DNA of 64,000 nucleotides from Polyangiaceae bacterium (GCA_035622655.1 DASPUY010000274.1:3320-67319); one strand, 5' to 3'; positions 18,865 to 27,608 are shown, counted from the stretch's first letter. Notes: generated by a model not told the origin, from the letters alone. Numbers and translations are program-made.

Positions 18865-19667
18865 TCGCATGTGCTCTGCAGGGTGCATTGAAAGCCCACC
18901 GGGAAGCCGCTGCCCAGAATATCCGGATACATCGGCGGAGGCGCCGGCAACTCCACTCCGGTCGATTGAATCTGCGAAAGAGTCGCTCGGACGGCCGCGT
19001 CGAACGTCGGATCACCGCTCGGTTGCGTAATCGTGAAGCTCGTCACTTGGCGATCGGAGCCTACCGAGATCAGCGCGCGAGCATGGAGGGCCTTCAACCT
19101 GTCGAAGGGGATCTTCCCCCGGATGTCGAATCGCGCGGCGAACCATGCCTGGAGCTGGGCGCGGTACATGTCCGCTGCGCGCGCCTTCAGCGGATCGGTT
19201 TCGGTCCCGTTCACGGCGCCCTGCTCCGAGCCCTCCGTGGATGCAGAGGGCGCGGCGGCGGTCGACGCGTCCTCTGCGATGGTCAGGTTCGGCTGAGCGA
19301 GGTGCGTCGAGTCCGTCGGCGCGGGCGAGACGGATGCATCCGGAACGTTCGTCGTCGGGATGGCCTCCGGCGTCTTTTCGGCCTGAGTCGACGGGAGGGC
19401 GGCTTGCGGTTGCGATTTCGCGGCTACCGGTCGCTTGCGCTCCCACACGGAGGGGATCTTCGTCGGAGTCTTGCTTCCCAGCTTGAGAACGGGCGTGATG
19501 GCGACGGCGATGGGTTGCGCGTTGTCGTTCGAGATGTCGGCCTGCACGAGCGGAGGCGAAGGCATCGAGAAGACGGCGACGAAGAGCAGCTGAGCCAACA
19601 TCGCGACGCCGAAGGCGATCGTCACGTCTTGCGCGTCGAAGCTCCGTGGAGCCCGCCGCGCGTTCAC
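18861..19667 (-). CDS. tolA: TolA/TonB-like energy-transducer protein
   Basis: GTGA overlap with the tolR stop. N-terminal TM anchor, Pro/Ala/Thr-rich linker, and a C-terminal TolA/TonB-like domain (YRAQLQAWFAARFDIRG...VTSFTITQPSGDPTFDAAVRATL). Confidence 0.6.
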   Translation of the reverse strand: MNARRAPRSFDAQDVTIAFGVAMLAQLLFVAVFSMPSPPLVQADISNDNAQPIAVAITPVLKLGSKTPTKIPSVWERKRPVAAKSQPQAALPSTQAEKTPEAIPTTNVPDASVSPAPTDSTHLAQPNLTIAEDASTAAAPSASTEGSEQGAVNGTETDPLKARAADMYRAQLQAWFAARFDIRGKIPFDRLKALHARALISVGSDRQVTSFTITQPSGDPTFDAAVRATLSQIQSTGVELPAPPPMYPDILGSGFPVGFQCTLQSTCE

Positions 19668-20080
19668 GGCTTCATCTCCTCCGGGTCGACCAGCAAGTTC
19701 AGCGACGTGACGCCCGCCGCACGCGCCGCGGCAATGCCGCGTGCGACGACACCGTAGCGTGCGTCCTTGTCGGCACGAATGTAAAGCTCGTGCTCCTTCT
19801 GCACGCGCGGGTTGTCGAGGAGCACCCGCTCGACATCGCGCGTGACGTCGGCCTCGCCGAAGAGGATGTGCTCGTCCTTGGTGATGGACAGAACGAGCTT
19901 GGCATCCTTGATCGGCGTGTTCGCGGCCTGAACCTCGGGCAGATCGATGTGCAGCCCCGAGGTGAGCAGCGGCGCCGTCACCATGAACACGATGAGCAGC
20001 ACGAGCATGACGTCGACCAGAGGTGTGACGTTGATCTCACGGAAGCTCGTGCTGCCGTGCTTGCCCAGCGAGAGCGCCAT
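19664..20080 (-). CDS. tolR: ExbD/TolR family protein
   Basis: Motif INVTPLVDVMLVLLIVFMVTAP. 138 aa. Confidence 0.88.
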   Translation of the reverse strand: MALSLGKHGSTSFREINVTPLVDVMLVLLIVFMVTAPLLTSGLHIDLPEVQAANTPIKDAKLVLSITKDEHILFGEADVTRDVERVLLDNPRVQKEHELYIRADKDARYGVVARGIAAARAAGVTSLNLLVDPEEMKP

Positions 20081-20093
20081 TGGAAGCCTCAGC

Positions 20094-20837
20094 CTACCGT
20101 GAACGGTAGCCGCCCGGGTGGCCTCCGGCGATCCGCGCAGCGCCTCCGTCCACCGGGGGCGATATCTGTTCGGCCGTCAACGCGACCCATTCACCCGACG
20201 CCGCCTCGAGCTCGGTCACGAAGTCGCCCACGCGCTTGTCGATCCAGTTGTAGAAGAACACGGCGGGAATCGCGGCGGCGAGGCCAATCGCTGTCGTGAT
20301 CAGGGCTTCGCCGATGGCGGGAGCGACGACCGGCAAGCTTGCTGTCTTGGCCGCCCCGATGCGCATGAACGCGTCCATGATTCCGTACACGGTCCCGAAG
20401 AGACCGATGAACGGCGCTCCCGCGGCGATGAATGCGAGCAACCACATGAGCGCACGCGCCGCGCGCGCCTCGACCACGATGGCGCGATCCGCAAGCGCAC
20501 GAAGGCGTTCGATCTGCGCTCCTCCGCCGCGGGCGTAGAGGGCCGCGATGATCCGGGCGCCCGGAGCGTGATGGCTCTGCGCGAGCTCGAACAGTTCGGA
20601 CATCGACGATGCGTGGCGCGCGCGCCGATCGAAGTCACCTTCGGACACGTGCAGCCGCGCCAGCTGCATCAGCTTGAGGACGGAGATGATCCAGACGAGC
20701 AGTGAGCAGCCGAGCAAAAGCCCGATGGTCAGCTTGATCGGCCAAGCGGCGTGGGTGAACAGCGCCACCAGATCGAGACGCATCGTCGGCGCTTCGGCCG
20801 CTGACGCCGCCTCTTGAGCGGCCTGAAGCAGGATCAT
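20094..20837 (-). CDS. tolQ: MotA/TolQ/ExbB proton-channel protein
   Basis: The C-terminal block GAPFIGLFGTVYGIMDAF...AIGEALITTAIGLAAAIPAVFFYNW is diagnostic. The true start may be the internal ATG (MRLDLVALF) 18 codons downstream. Confidence 0.88.
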   Translation of the reverse strand: MILLQAAQEAASAAEAPTMRLDLVALFTHAAWPIKLTIGLLLGCSLLVWIISVLKLMQLARLHVSEGDFDRRARHASSMSELFELAQSHHAPGARIIAALYARGGGAQIERLRALADRAIVVEARAARALMWLLAFIAAGAPFIGLFGTVYGIMDAFMRIGAAKTASLPVVAPAIGEALITTAIGLAAAIPAVFFYNWIDKRVGDFVTELEAASGEWVALTAEQISPPVDGGAARIAGGHPGGYRSR

Positions 20838-20853
20838 TGCGAGGCTCGGCCGA

Positions 20854-21405
20854 TCACTGCCCCACCATCAAGTCGACGCGCCGATCGCGCGCCCAGGTCG
20901 GCTCGTCGGTGCCCGTCGCGTCCATGGCGCCGCGGGAAGTCGACTCGGTCTTCCCCCGGTCCATGCCGTGCCCGTTCATGTAGCTGGCCACCGAGTCGGC
21001 GCGTGACTGGCCAAGCGTCATGTTGTAGTCGCTGCCCCCGCGGGGATCCGCATGTCCGACGAGCTTGAGCGTGCGTCCCTTCAGGGGTCCGGTCGAAAAA
21101 CACGTCGTGACCTGGTCGAGAACGCGCGTGTCGTCGGGTCGGAGGTGGGCCGAGTCGAAGGCGAAGTATGCGTCCGGTTCGCTGATGCCGCATGCCTTCA
21201 CGATCTCGTCGGAAATGCGCACCGCGCTCGCGGTGGGCGAGTCAGGTGCCTGCGCGGGCAGACGGTTGGGGGGCGGCGCGGGAGGCGGCGTCGGGGCTAC
21301 GGCTTGAGCAGTTTTCGGCGGCGGCTCCTCGCTGCACGAAGCCTGCGAAAAGACCGCGATCGCGACGACGATCAGGGCCAGACCGCGACCATTCGGACTC
21401 ATCAT
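20854..21405 (-). CDS. pal: peptidoglycan-associated lipoprotein Pal (OmpA family)
   Basis: Start set at ATG 21405, 7 nt after GGAGGA. The track start 21420 is a TTG that contains that SD. Lipobox ...FSQASC, Pro-rich linker, and a Pal-type OmpA domain (LKLVGHADPRGGSDYNMTLGQSRADSVASYM, ARDRRVDL). Confidence 0.85.
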   Translation of the reverse strand: MMSPNGRGLALIVVAIAVFSQASCSEEPPPKTAQAVAPTPPPAPPPNRLPAQAPDSPTASAVRISDEIVKACGISEPDAYFAFDSAHLRPDDTRVLDQVTTCFSTGPLKGRTLKLVGHADPRGGSDYNMTLGQSRADSVASYMNGHGMDRGKTESTSRGAMDATGTDEPTWARDRRVDLMVGQ

Positions 21406-21563
21406 CCCGGTTTCCTCCAAATTCGGACCAGAAAGGGTTTGCGACGGCTTAACGGTTTGGTCCAGGCAGCGTCAAGAGTTGCGAACGTCGAGGCTCGTGG
21501 CCCCGGGGCCAATTCGCCAGCTGAAAACACACGACCTTGGGCGGCCATTGCATGCTACCTCGA

Positions 21564-22418
21564 TCAGATTTTTCGCTCGAGCTTGAAACGCCGCCGCCCA
21601 TCCGGATCGTCGCCCAGAGGCGCGACGCGAAGCATTTCGAGCGCGATCTCGCGGATGCGCCCGTCCTTGTGGACCTTGAGATGCAGTCGATCGCCGTCAC
21701 TCTTGAGCACGTCGCACCGACCGAACGCGAAGTGATCGACCGAGTCGCCCGCTTCGGGTGTTGGCGTATCCAGGCCCAGGCTCGAGCGCAGCGACTTGGG
21801 GGGCTTCGGCGGTCCCTGTGGTGTGACGAGCTCATTCGTTCGGGGGTACCCTTTGGCCTCGCGTTCGCTGCTGCCGCTCGCCACGAGAGCGTCCGCCCAC
21901 TCTCCGCGCGTCCCCGGGCGGGGGGACGCGGCGCCCGCACCCGCAGGTGGCGCAATGAAGACCGAACCCGTCGCCGCGCTACCGAAGAGCCAGACGCCGG
22001 CTGCCGAGTCCAGGGAACGCTCGAGCTGCAGGTCGTCCAGCGCCGTCACGAAAGCTTCGACCGCGACCGTCTGCGCGCCCGAGATCTCCCCCGCCAAGGT
22101 CTCGAGGCCGCGGTCTGCGTCCCGTGCGAGCAGCGCGCGGAGCGACAGGACCGGCTCACCGCCCGCGGCGCCGATCCCCCCATCGAGGGTCAGGGCGTGC
22201 ACGGGTCCCGCGATCCGTCGCGTGCTGCCGAGCGTACCGAGATCGGCGTCGAACGCCCGAAGCTCCACGTCGATCAGGACGCCGCTGCCCCGCAGCCAGC
22301 CGCACGTCACGCCCTCGTCGCGCAGGCGAGCCACCAGCGCGTCTGGGATGAATTCTCCGCTCGAGAGACGGACCACGATGTGACGCGATTTTTCGCTGCG
22401 AAGAACTTGAGATGTCAC
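21564..22418 (-). CDS. hypothetical protein, N-terminal PPC/DUF296-like domain, C-terminal small beta-barrel-like domain
   Basis: GTG start is preceded by GAGG. The N-terminus (RHIVVRLSSGEFIPDALVARLRDEGVTCGWLRGSGVL...) resembles DUF296/PPC. The call is tentative. Confidence 0.4.
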   Translation of the reverse strand: MTSQVLRSEKSRHIVVRLSSGEFIPDALVARLRDEGVTCGWLRGSGVLIDVELRAFDADLGTLGSTRRIAGPVHALTLDGGIGAAGGEPVLSLRALLARDADRGLETLAGEISGAQTVAVEAFVTALDDLQLERSLDSAAGVWLFGSAATGSVFIAPPAGAGAASPRPGTRGEWADALVASGSSEREAKGYPRTNELVTPQGPPKPPKSLRSSLGLDTPTPEAGDSVDHFAFGRCDVLKSDGDRLHLKVHKDGRIREIALEMLRVAPLGDDPDGRRRFKLERKI

Positions 22419-22475
22419 CGAAAGCCTCAGGGGTTTTGTCGTCGAGTTGCTCTGCGCCGGTCTTATCGGGCGCTG

Positions 22476-23489
22476 CTAGGGTCGAGAGTCGAGAGGCGCC
22501 CAGCGGACGCCCAGCGCGAAGCGGAAGCGGGGCGAAGTGACCGGCGCCTCTGCGGACCATGGCAGGGCGCCGCCGCCGCCCAGCTGAACGCACACGGTGC
22601 CCTTTGCGATCGAAGCACTCCGGAGCGACAGCTGCCATTCGGAAGGCACGAGTGCGGCTCCGCCGGGCTGGTTCGTCAGCACCCCTCCCTGGGCGATGGC
22701 CTTGTCTTGTGAGACCAGGTTCGGGAGCGCCCACGCTTCCACCGCTGCACTGAGGAGGTCTCGAGGGAGAAGATCCAGTCCTACCCCGAGAGCGGTCACG
22801 AGCTCGGTTCCCACGCGGGCGCCGAGTAGCTCCGTCGCCGGCCGGAGTCGCGCGCCGAGCTCGGCACCGGCGAAGAATTCGCCCAGCCGCAGCTCGCCGG
22901 ACAGGCTGGGCGCAAACACCCCCGACTGCTCACCCGCGAATTCCGATCGATCACCCGTGGGAGCGCTCACCTCGAATCGAGCAGCGAGTCCGGCGCCGTC
23001 GGAACGAACGGATTCGCGGCCGGGTACGAGCGCGTACGTGAATCCGAATCGGATGTCCCGTGTCGCTGTGTTGCTCAGCTCGGAGCCCCCGACGACGGGC
23101 GCTAGACCGAGCCCTGATTGAACGAACGTGAGCGGCAGCGCGAGGTCGAGCTCCATCCGCTCGCCGACTCCATACGACCAGAGAAAGGTGCCGTCGACCT
23201 GATTGTCCACGGCGTAGTAGCGGGCGCTCGTCCCGGCTGCCGACCCGAGCTCCAGGACGATTGGACGCGACATGTAGCTCGTGACGAGACCGAAGCCCAG
23301 CTGACGAGGCGCGATCGTGTCGACCGAGCCGATTGCTTCGAAACGGGCGTAACCCGCGTGCGGCCACAGGACATCGTCGTCGATGCACGGGCTCACCACG
23401 CCCGAGCACTCGGTCGCCGACGCCGCGGCGCAGACGAGCATCGGAGCGCAGCTGCAGGCAAGGGCGGCAAGCACGATGCGGGGGCGCAT
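22476..23489 (-). CDS. outer-membrane beta-barrel protein (hypothetical)
   Basis: Signal peptide MRPRIVLAALACSCAPMLVCAAASA. Alternating amphipathic beta-strand pattern. C-terminal FRFALGVRWAPL is consistent with an OMP terminus. Confidence 0.5.
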   Translation of the reverse strand: MRPRIVLAALACSCAPMLVCAAASATECSGVVSPCIDDDVLWPHAGYARFEAIGSVDTIAPRQLGFGLVTSYMSRPIVLELGSAAGTSARYYAVDNQVDGTFLWSYGVGERMELDLALPLTFVQSGLGLAPVVGGSELSNTATRDIRFGFTYALVPGRESVRSDGAGLAARFEVSAPTGDRSEFAGEQSGVFAPSLSGELRLGEFFAGAELGARLRPATELLGARVGTELVTALGVGLDLLPRDLLSAAVEAWALPNLVSQDKAIAQGGVLTNQPGGAALVPSEWQLSLRSASIAKGTVCVQLGGGGALPWSAEAPVTSPRFRFALGVRWAPLDSRP

Positions 23490-23528
23490 CGGCGGCAGAC
23501 CTTATCATCGTTGTGGTAAGCAGCGCGC

Positions 23529-24137
23529 GTGCGAATCTCGAGTGCTTCGCCGCTCGTCCTTGGAAGCTCCTCGCCGCGTCGCCGCGAGCTACTGACCGTG
23601 AGCGGGCTGCCGTTCGTCGTTCGGGGGGCTGCCGTCGACGAGAGCTTTTGGGTGGGCGAGTCTCCGTCCGCGTACCTAACGAGGATCGTCCAGTCGAAGC
23701 TCGACGCCGTGCGGTCGAGGGAGCTCGATGTGTCGGGCGTCGTGCTCGTCGCCGATACGATCGTCATCGCACCCGAAGGCGCCCTGATGGGGAAGCCCGC
23801 CGATGGTGCCGAGGCGGTCGCCATGCTCGAGCGGCTCTCGGGGGGCGTTCACTGGGTCATGACCGGGTTCATGCTGGGCGATGCCGATCCTCGCTCCGAG
23901 CCCGCCCATTTCGAAACGGTGACGACGGCGGTCAAGTTTCGTCATCTTCGCCGCGGCGAGGGGCGCGCCTACGCGGCGACGAGCGAAGGAAGCGACAAGG
24001 CGGGGGGCTACGCGATTCAGGGGCGCGCGGCCGCGTTCGTCGAACGCATCGACGGCAGCTACACGAATGTCGTCGGGTTGCCCATGTGTGAGCTCTTCAC
24101 GGCGCTCTGGGAGCTGGGCTGGATCGGTGATCGATGA
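23529..24137 (+). CDS. maf: Maf-like nucleoside-triphosphate pyrophosphatase
   Basis: GTG start. Motifs seen: LVLGSSSPRRRELL, ADTIV, GKPADGAEA, SDKAGGYAIQG, IDGSYTNVVGLP. Confidence 0.88.
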   Translation: MRISSASPLVLGSSSPRRRELLTVSGLPFVVRGAAVDESFWVGESPSAYLTRIVQSKLDAVRSRELDVSGVVLVADTIVIAPEGALMGKPADGAEAVAMLERLSGGVHWVMTGFMLGDADPRSEPAHFETVTTAVKFRHLRRGEGRAYAATSEGSDKAGGYAIQGRAAAFVERIDGSYTNVVGLPMCELFTALWELGWIGDR

Positions 24138-25546
24138 CGCCCCGGCGCGCGGACGTATGGCTTGCCACCGGGGTGGCGCTTGCGTTGCGCCTCGCGATCG
24201 TGGGGTGGGGGCACCGTCTGTTTCCGCCGTCGGAGGATGGACATTACTACGACGTGCTCGCCCGGCGCCTGGCGAGCGGGGCGGGCTACACGTGGCTTTG
24301 GCCGGATGGTGCCGTGACCTACGCAGCGCACTACCCGGTCGGTTATCCCGCCATTCTCGCCGCCGCATACCTTCTCTTCGGAGCGTCGACGGTCGTGGCC
24401 ATGACGCTCAACGCAGTGGTCGGGTCGGCGGCCGCGTACGGCGCGTATGTCTTGATCGACGAGCCTGACGTTTCCCGTTGGCGGCCGTTCGGCGCGGCTC
24501 TCGCGATCGCTCTGCACCCCGCGCTGGTCCCCTACACCGCCGCGGTGATGACGGAAGGCGTCACCTCCGCGCTGCTCGTGGTCGCCGCGGCCCTGGCGTG
24601 TCGCGCACGCACCGCCGTCCGCCCGGCCGGGAGGCTGCTGGCGGCGGGCGTGACGGCAGCGCTCGCGACGCTGCTGCGTCCGGAATCGCTGCTGCTCGCG
24701 CCCATCCTCGGATTCTTTGCGGTCGCTCCGCAGGCGTCGACGGCGCAGCGGCTCGCGCGAGCGGGCGCCGTGCTCGCGATCGTTCTCCTCTGCGTCGGTC
24801 CCTGGACAGCGCGCAATTGCCTTCGGATGCACCGCTGCGCGCTGGTCAGCGTGAACGCCGGCTGGAACCTGCTCATCGGGGCGACCACCACGACGGGTGG
24901 CTGGGTTCCGGTGACCGTGCCCGCCCCGTGCGCCACGGTCTGGGACGAAGCGACGAAGGACGCTTGCTTCGAGCGCTCGGCGTGGAGCGAGATTGCGAGG
25001 GCGCCTGCGACGTGGCTGGCTCGGGCGCCGGGCAAGGTGGCCATGACTCTCGACTATTTCGGCGCCGCGCCCTGGTACTTGCACTCGAGCAACCCCCGGG
25101 CGTTCGACGACCACGCGAAGGCGGCCCTCGCTGGTTTCGAGACTCTGGCGTGCCGGCTCTACCTGCTCGGCGCGCTCGTCGCCTGCGGCCGTGCGTGCGG
25201 ACGTTTCGGGGCCACGCGCAAGCTGACGGCTCTGGCGGGCTCGTTCGGCGCCCTGACCGTTCATGGATGGATGGGCTACGCCGCGGTCGTCGTCTGCGTC
25301 GGACTCCGTGGCTGGCGCTGCGTGCTGAGGGGACCGCCCATTTTCGCCTACACCGCTGCGGCCATCGTTTCGACTGCCTTCGTGCACGCGGTTTTCTTCG
25401 GCGCGGGTCGCTACGGCTTGATCGTCGCACCTTTCGTCGCGGCAGCGGCTTTCGGGGACGGGCGCCACAGCGTCGGAGCTTCGCCCGGAAGAAAGCCGAA
25501 CGCCCGAGCGGATGGCTCGGGCGAACGGGTCGACGTCGCTCTGTAA
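24134..25546 (+). CDS. GT-C fold glycosyltransferase (family 39 / ArnT-PMT-like membrane protein)
   Basis: ATGA overlap with the maf stop. About 12 TM helices. N-terminal DGHYYDVLARRLASGAGY motif is typical of ArnT/PMT_2-type enzymes. Confidence 0.7.
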   Translation: MTPRRADVWLATGVALALRLAIVGWGHRLFPPSEDGHYYDVLARRLASGAGYTWLWPDGAVTYAAHYPVGYPAILAAAYLLFGASTVVAMTLNAVVGSAAAYGAYVLIDEPDVSRWRPFGAALAIALHPALVPYTAAVMTEGVTSALLVVAAALACRARTAVRPAGRLLAAGVTAALATLLRPESLLLAPILGFFAVAPQASTAQRLARAGAVLAIVLLCVGPWTARNCLRMHRCALVSVNAGWNLLIGATTTTGGWVPVTVPAPCATVWDEATKDACFERSAWSEIARAPATWLARAPGKVAMTLDYFGAAPWYLHSSNPRAFDDHAKAALAGFETLACRLYLLGALVACGRACGRFGATRKLTALAGSFGALTVHGWMGYAAVVVCVGLRGWRCVLRGPPIFAYTAAAIVSTAFVHAVFFGAGRYGLIVAPFVAAAAFGDGRHSVGASPGRKPNARADGSGERVDVAL

Positions 25547-25958
25547 GCCGAGTTCTGTCTCGCACCCGGATCGCTCCGACGTGCGGAGGCAGTCATTCCT
25601 CTGGGACCGCGATTGCTCGCTGCCTCAAGCGGCCTACCCGCAGGCTCGGACGAGCCATCCTTTTACCCGGTCGCTCCTTCTTCGGAGCTCCCGGGTAGCG
25701 CCTGCCTATGCGGCCTTGCTCCCGATGGGGTTTACCTTGCCGCTCGCGTTGCCGAGAGCGCGGTGGGCTCTTACCCCGCCTTTTCACCCTTGCCGCCGGG
25801 CTCGCCGCAGAGTGCGAGAACGGAGGCGGTCTGTTTTCTGTGGCACTCTCCTCGGCGTTTCCGCCACCGGGCGTTACCCGGCATCGTGCTCTTCGGAGCT
25901 CGGACTTTCCTCCCGCCGGCTCGCGAGCCCGGCGAGCGACTGCCCGAACGGCGTCGAC
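25529..25958 (-). ncRNA. rnpB: RNase P RNA, bacterial type A
   Basis: The reverse complement contains the universally conserved blocks in the correct order: GGAGGAAAGTCCGAGCTCC, GGGTAACGCC, AGTGCCACAGAAAACAGACCGCC, AAGGGTGAAAAGGCGGGGTAAGAGCCCACC, GGTAAACCCCATCGGGAGCAAGGCC, GGGTAGGCCGCTTGAGG, AGAGGAATGACTGCC, ACAGAACTCGGCTTACA. The ends are approximate (about 10 nt) and rest on a GTCGACG/CGTCGAC P1-like pairing. Confidence 0.92.
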
Positions 25959-26042
25959 ACCCGGGATGATACCGCGATTCTCCGAGCTCGACGAGCGCGC
26001 GCGGTTGCCCCGGCGATGCGCGCGAGCTCGGCCGGCCGCTCA

Positions 26043-26963
26043 TCAGGCGGCGATGCGCGCAAGCTCACCCGCGTAGGCTTCGATGTGACGACGCAATTTC
26101 TGCTTGGCGCGGGCCTCGAGCTGTCGCGCGCGTTCGCGCGAGACTCCCAGGCGGCGACCAATTTCGGCAAGGGACAGCTCGTCGGGCCGATCCGCCATCA
26201 TCCGAAACTCGACGATGAAGCGTTCGCGCGCGTCGAGCTTCGCGATCGCGTCGCGCAGGCACGCATGGACGGCGGTCGACCGCTCCTGCGACAGGAATTG
26301 GTCCTCCTGGGTGGGTCCGCCCCCGGTCAAGGTGTCCAGAACGGTCGATGATCCGTCGTCGTAGACTTTCGCGTCGAGCGAGACGTCGCGTGCCTCGAGG
26401 CGATGGGCCAGCATCGTGATTTTTTCCGGGGTCGTTCCGAAGCGCTCGGCGAGCCGCTCGCTCACCTCGATGGCATCGCTCGTTGAAGCCAGGATCCTGG
26501 CTTTCTCTCGGCGCAGTCGAAAGAACACCTTGGAACGAAGAGGCCCCGCGCCGACTCCGACGACGCTCCACGCGCGAATGACGTGGTCGAGCACGTATGC
26601 GCGGATCCAGTGGGCCGCGTAGGTCACGAACCGCGTCCCCCGTGTCGGGTCGAATTTCTTGAGCGCTATCATGAGGCCCACGTTGCCTTCGGAGATGAGA
26701 TCGGCGAGCCGCACGCCGTAGCGCCGATAGCTGAGCGCGATCGCCACGACGTAGCGCAAATTCGCCTCGACGAGCCGTCGCGCCGCGTTCGCCTCGTTGT
26801 GATCCCGAACGCGGCAAGCAAGCTCGTATTCATCCTCGCGTGACAGCGGTTGGATTGCTTGCACGCGCGCGATGTAATGGGAGAGATTCGGGCTGCCGTG
26901 GTCGACGGTGCGGGGCGAATGCGTCGCAGCGCGTTCGTTCGAGTAGGTTGATTGGTTACTCAT
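26043..26963 (-). CDS. RNA polymerase sigma factor, RpoH-like (sigma-70 group 3)
   Basis: Start at internal ATG 26963 (MSNQSTY...). Region 2 is present: LVEANLRYVVAIALSYRRYGVRLADLISEGNVGLMIALKKFDPTRGTRFVTYAAHWIRAYV. So is the region 4 HTH: LSLAEIGRRLGVSRERARQLEARA. The RpoH-like feel comes from the RLRREK-type segment. Confidence 0.88.
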   Translation of the reverse strand: MSNQSTYSNERAATHSPRTVDHGSPNLSHYIARVQAIQPLSREDEYELACRVRDHNEANAARRLVEANLRYVVAIALSYRRYGVRLADLISEGNVGLMIALKKFDPTRGTRFVTYAAHWIRAYVLDHVIRAWSVVGVGAGPLRSKVFFRLRREKARILASTSDAIEVSERLAERFGTTPEKITMLAHRLEARDVSLDAKVYDDGSSTVLDTLTGGGPTQEDQFLSQERSTAVHACLRDAIAKLDARERFIVEFRMMADRPDELSLAEIGRRLGVSRERARQLEARAKQKLRRHIEAYAGELARIAA

Positions 26964-26975
26964 GGCCTCTTGCGC

Positions 26976-26991
26976 GGAGCTTCGAAGCTCC
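26976..26991 (-). promoter_or_regulatory. perfect 16-nt palindrome GGAGCTTCGAAGCTCC in the sigma-factor 5' leader
   Basis: Read directly from the sequence. It ends 12 nt upstream of the ATG at 26963 and could form an 8-bp (or 6-bp plus tetraloop) hairpin next to the AAGAGG SD-like element. Confidence 0.6.
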
Positions 26992-27011
26992 TGCACCCGA
27001 GGCTTTGCTTT

Positions 27012-27061
27012 GCACGCGGCGTGCACGAGCGGCCGTCGCACGCGGCGTGCACGAGCGGCCG
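27012..27061 (-). repeat. perfect tandem direct repeat, 24 bp x2 with 2-bp spacer, each unit containing a 13-bp palindrome
   Basis: GCACGCGGCGTGCACGAGCGGCCG occurs at 27012-27035 and again at 27038-27061. Each unit starts with the palindrome GCACGC-G-GCGTGC. The repeat lies 49-98 nt upstream of the sigma-factor ATG at 26963. Confidence 0.9.
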
Positions 27062-27284
27062 CTGCGACTCGCGACTTCGGCCACACCATCGGTTCAGCCC
27101 GAGCGGTGGCTCACGCATGCGGTCCGTGACTCCTCCACGGTCGAGCTTCAAGCGGCCGGAGGCGCAAGAGCTGCCGAAGCGACGCACTCCGGCAGAGCCG
27201 TTGGGCTCCGCCCTCCCATGACGGTGGCGGTCACGCAGCGCGACTGGCTGCGGAGTCAGGGTCGCCAGTCACGCCGAGAACGAG

Positions 27285-27608
27285 TCAGGCCGAGAACGAC
27301 GAGCCGCAACCGCACGAGCCCTTGGAGTTCGGGTTGTTGAACTTGAAGCCCGCCCCGTGCAGCCCTTCGACGTAATCGATTTCGGTTCCCTCGAGGTACT
27401 GGTAGCTCATCGGATCGACGTAGAGCTTCACGCCGTTGGACTCGAACTGCTCGTCCATCTCGCCGATCTTGTCCTCGAAGTACAGATCGTACGTGAAACC
27501 TGCGCAGCCTCCGCCCATCACCCGCAGGCGCAGGCCCTGACCGAAGAGGTTCTCTTGCTCTGCGATTTCTTTGACCTTGAGCGCGGCCTTGTCGGTGATC
27601 GTGATCAT
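27285..27608 (-). CDS. erpA: iron-sulfur cluster insertion protein ErpA/IscA (HesB family)
   Basis: 107 aa. Motifs seen: LRLRVMGGGCAGFTY, and C-terminal GSCGCGSSF. Confidence 0.9.
   Translation of the reverse strand: MITITDKAALKVKEIAEQENLFGQGLRLRVMGGGCAGFTYDLYFEDKIGEMDEQFESNGVKLYVDPMSYQYLEGTEIDYVEGLHGAGFKFNNPNSKGSCGCGSSFSA

Noticed and set aside
17215-18891. 558-aa plus-strand ORF antisense to tolB (and 17393..18226 minus, out of frame)
   Set aside because: The composition is Arg/Gly/Glu-rich and unlike real proteins. The opposite-strand TolB frame has clear family motifs and operon context.
21421-21563. Sigma-70 promoter for pal-tolQRAB (TTGACG-N17-TTAAGC on the minus strand)
   Set aside because: The -35 hexamer is good, but the -10 hexamer matches TATAAT at only 2 of 6 positions. 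That is too weak to report as a feature.
24059-25698. 469-aa antisense ORF and 406-aa out-of-frame ORF over the GT-C glycosyltransferase
   Set aside because: These are Arg/Pro/Gly-rich shadow ORFs. The 24134..25546 frame encodes about 12 convincing TM helices.
25512-26351. 279-aa ORF and neighbours covering 25560-26170
   Set aside because: The region is the RNase P RNA gene on the minus strand plus the 3' end of the sigma-factor gene. The ORFs are incidental.
27012-27061. Possibility that the tandem repeats (also 61467-61516, 9201-9241) are CRISPR arrays
   Set aside because: There are only two to four directly abutting copies with no unique spacers. No cas genes are present in the window.
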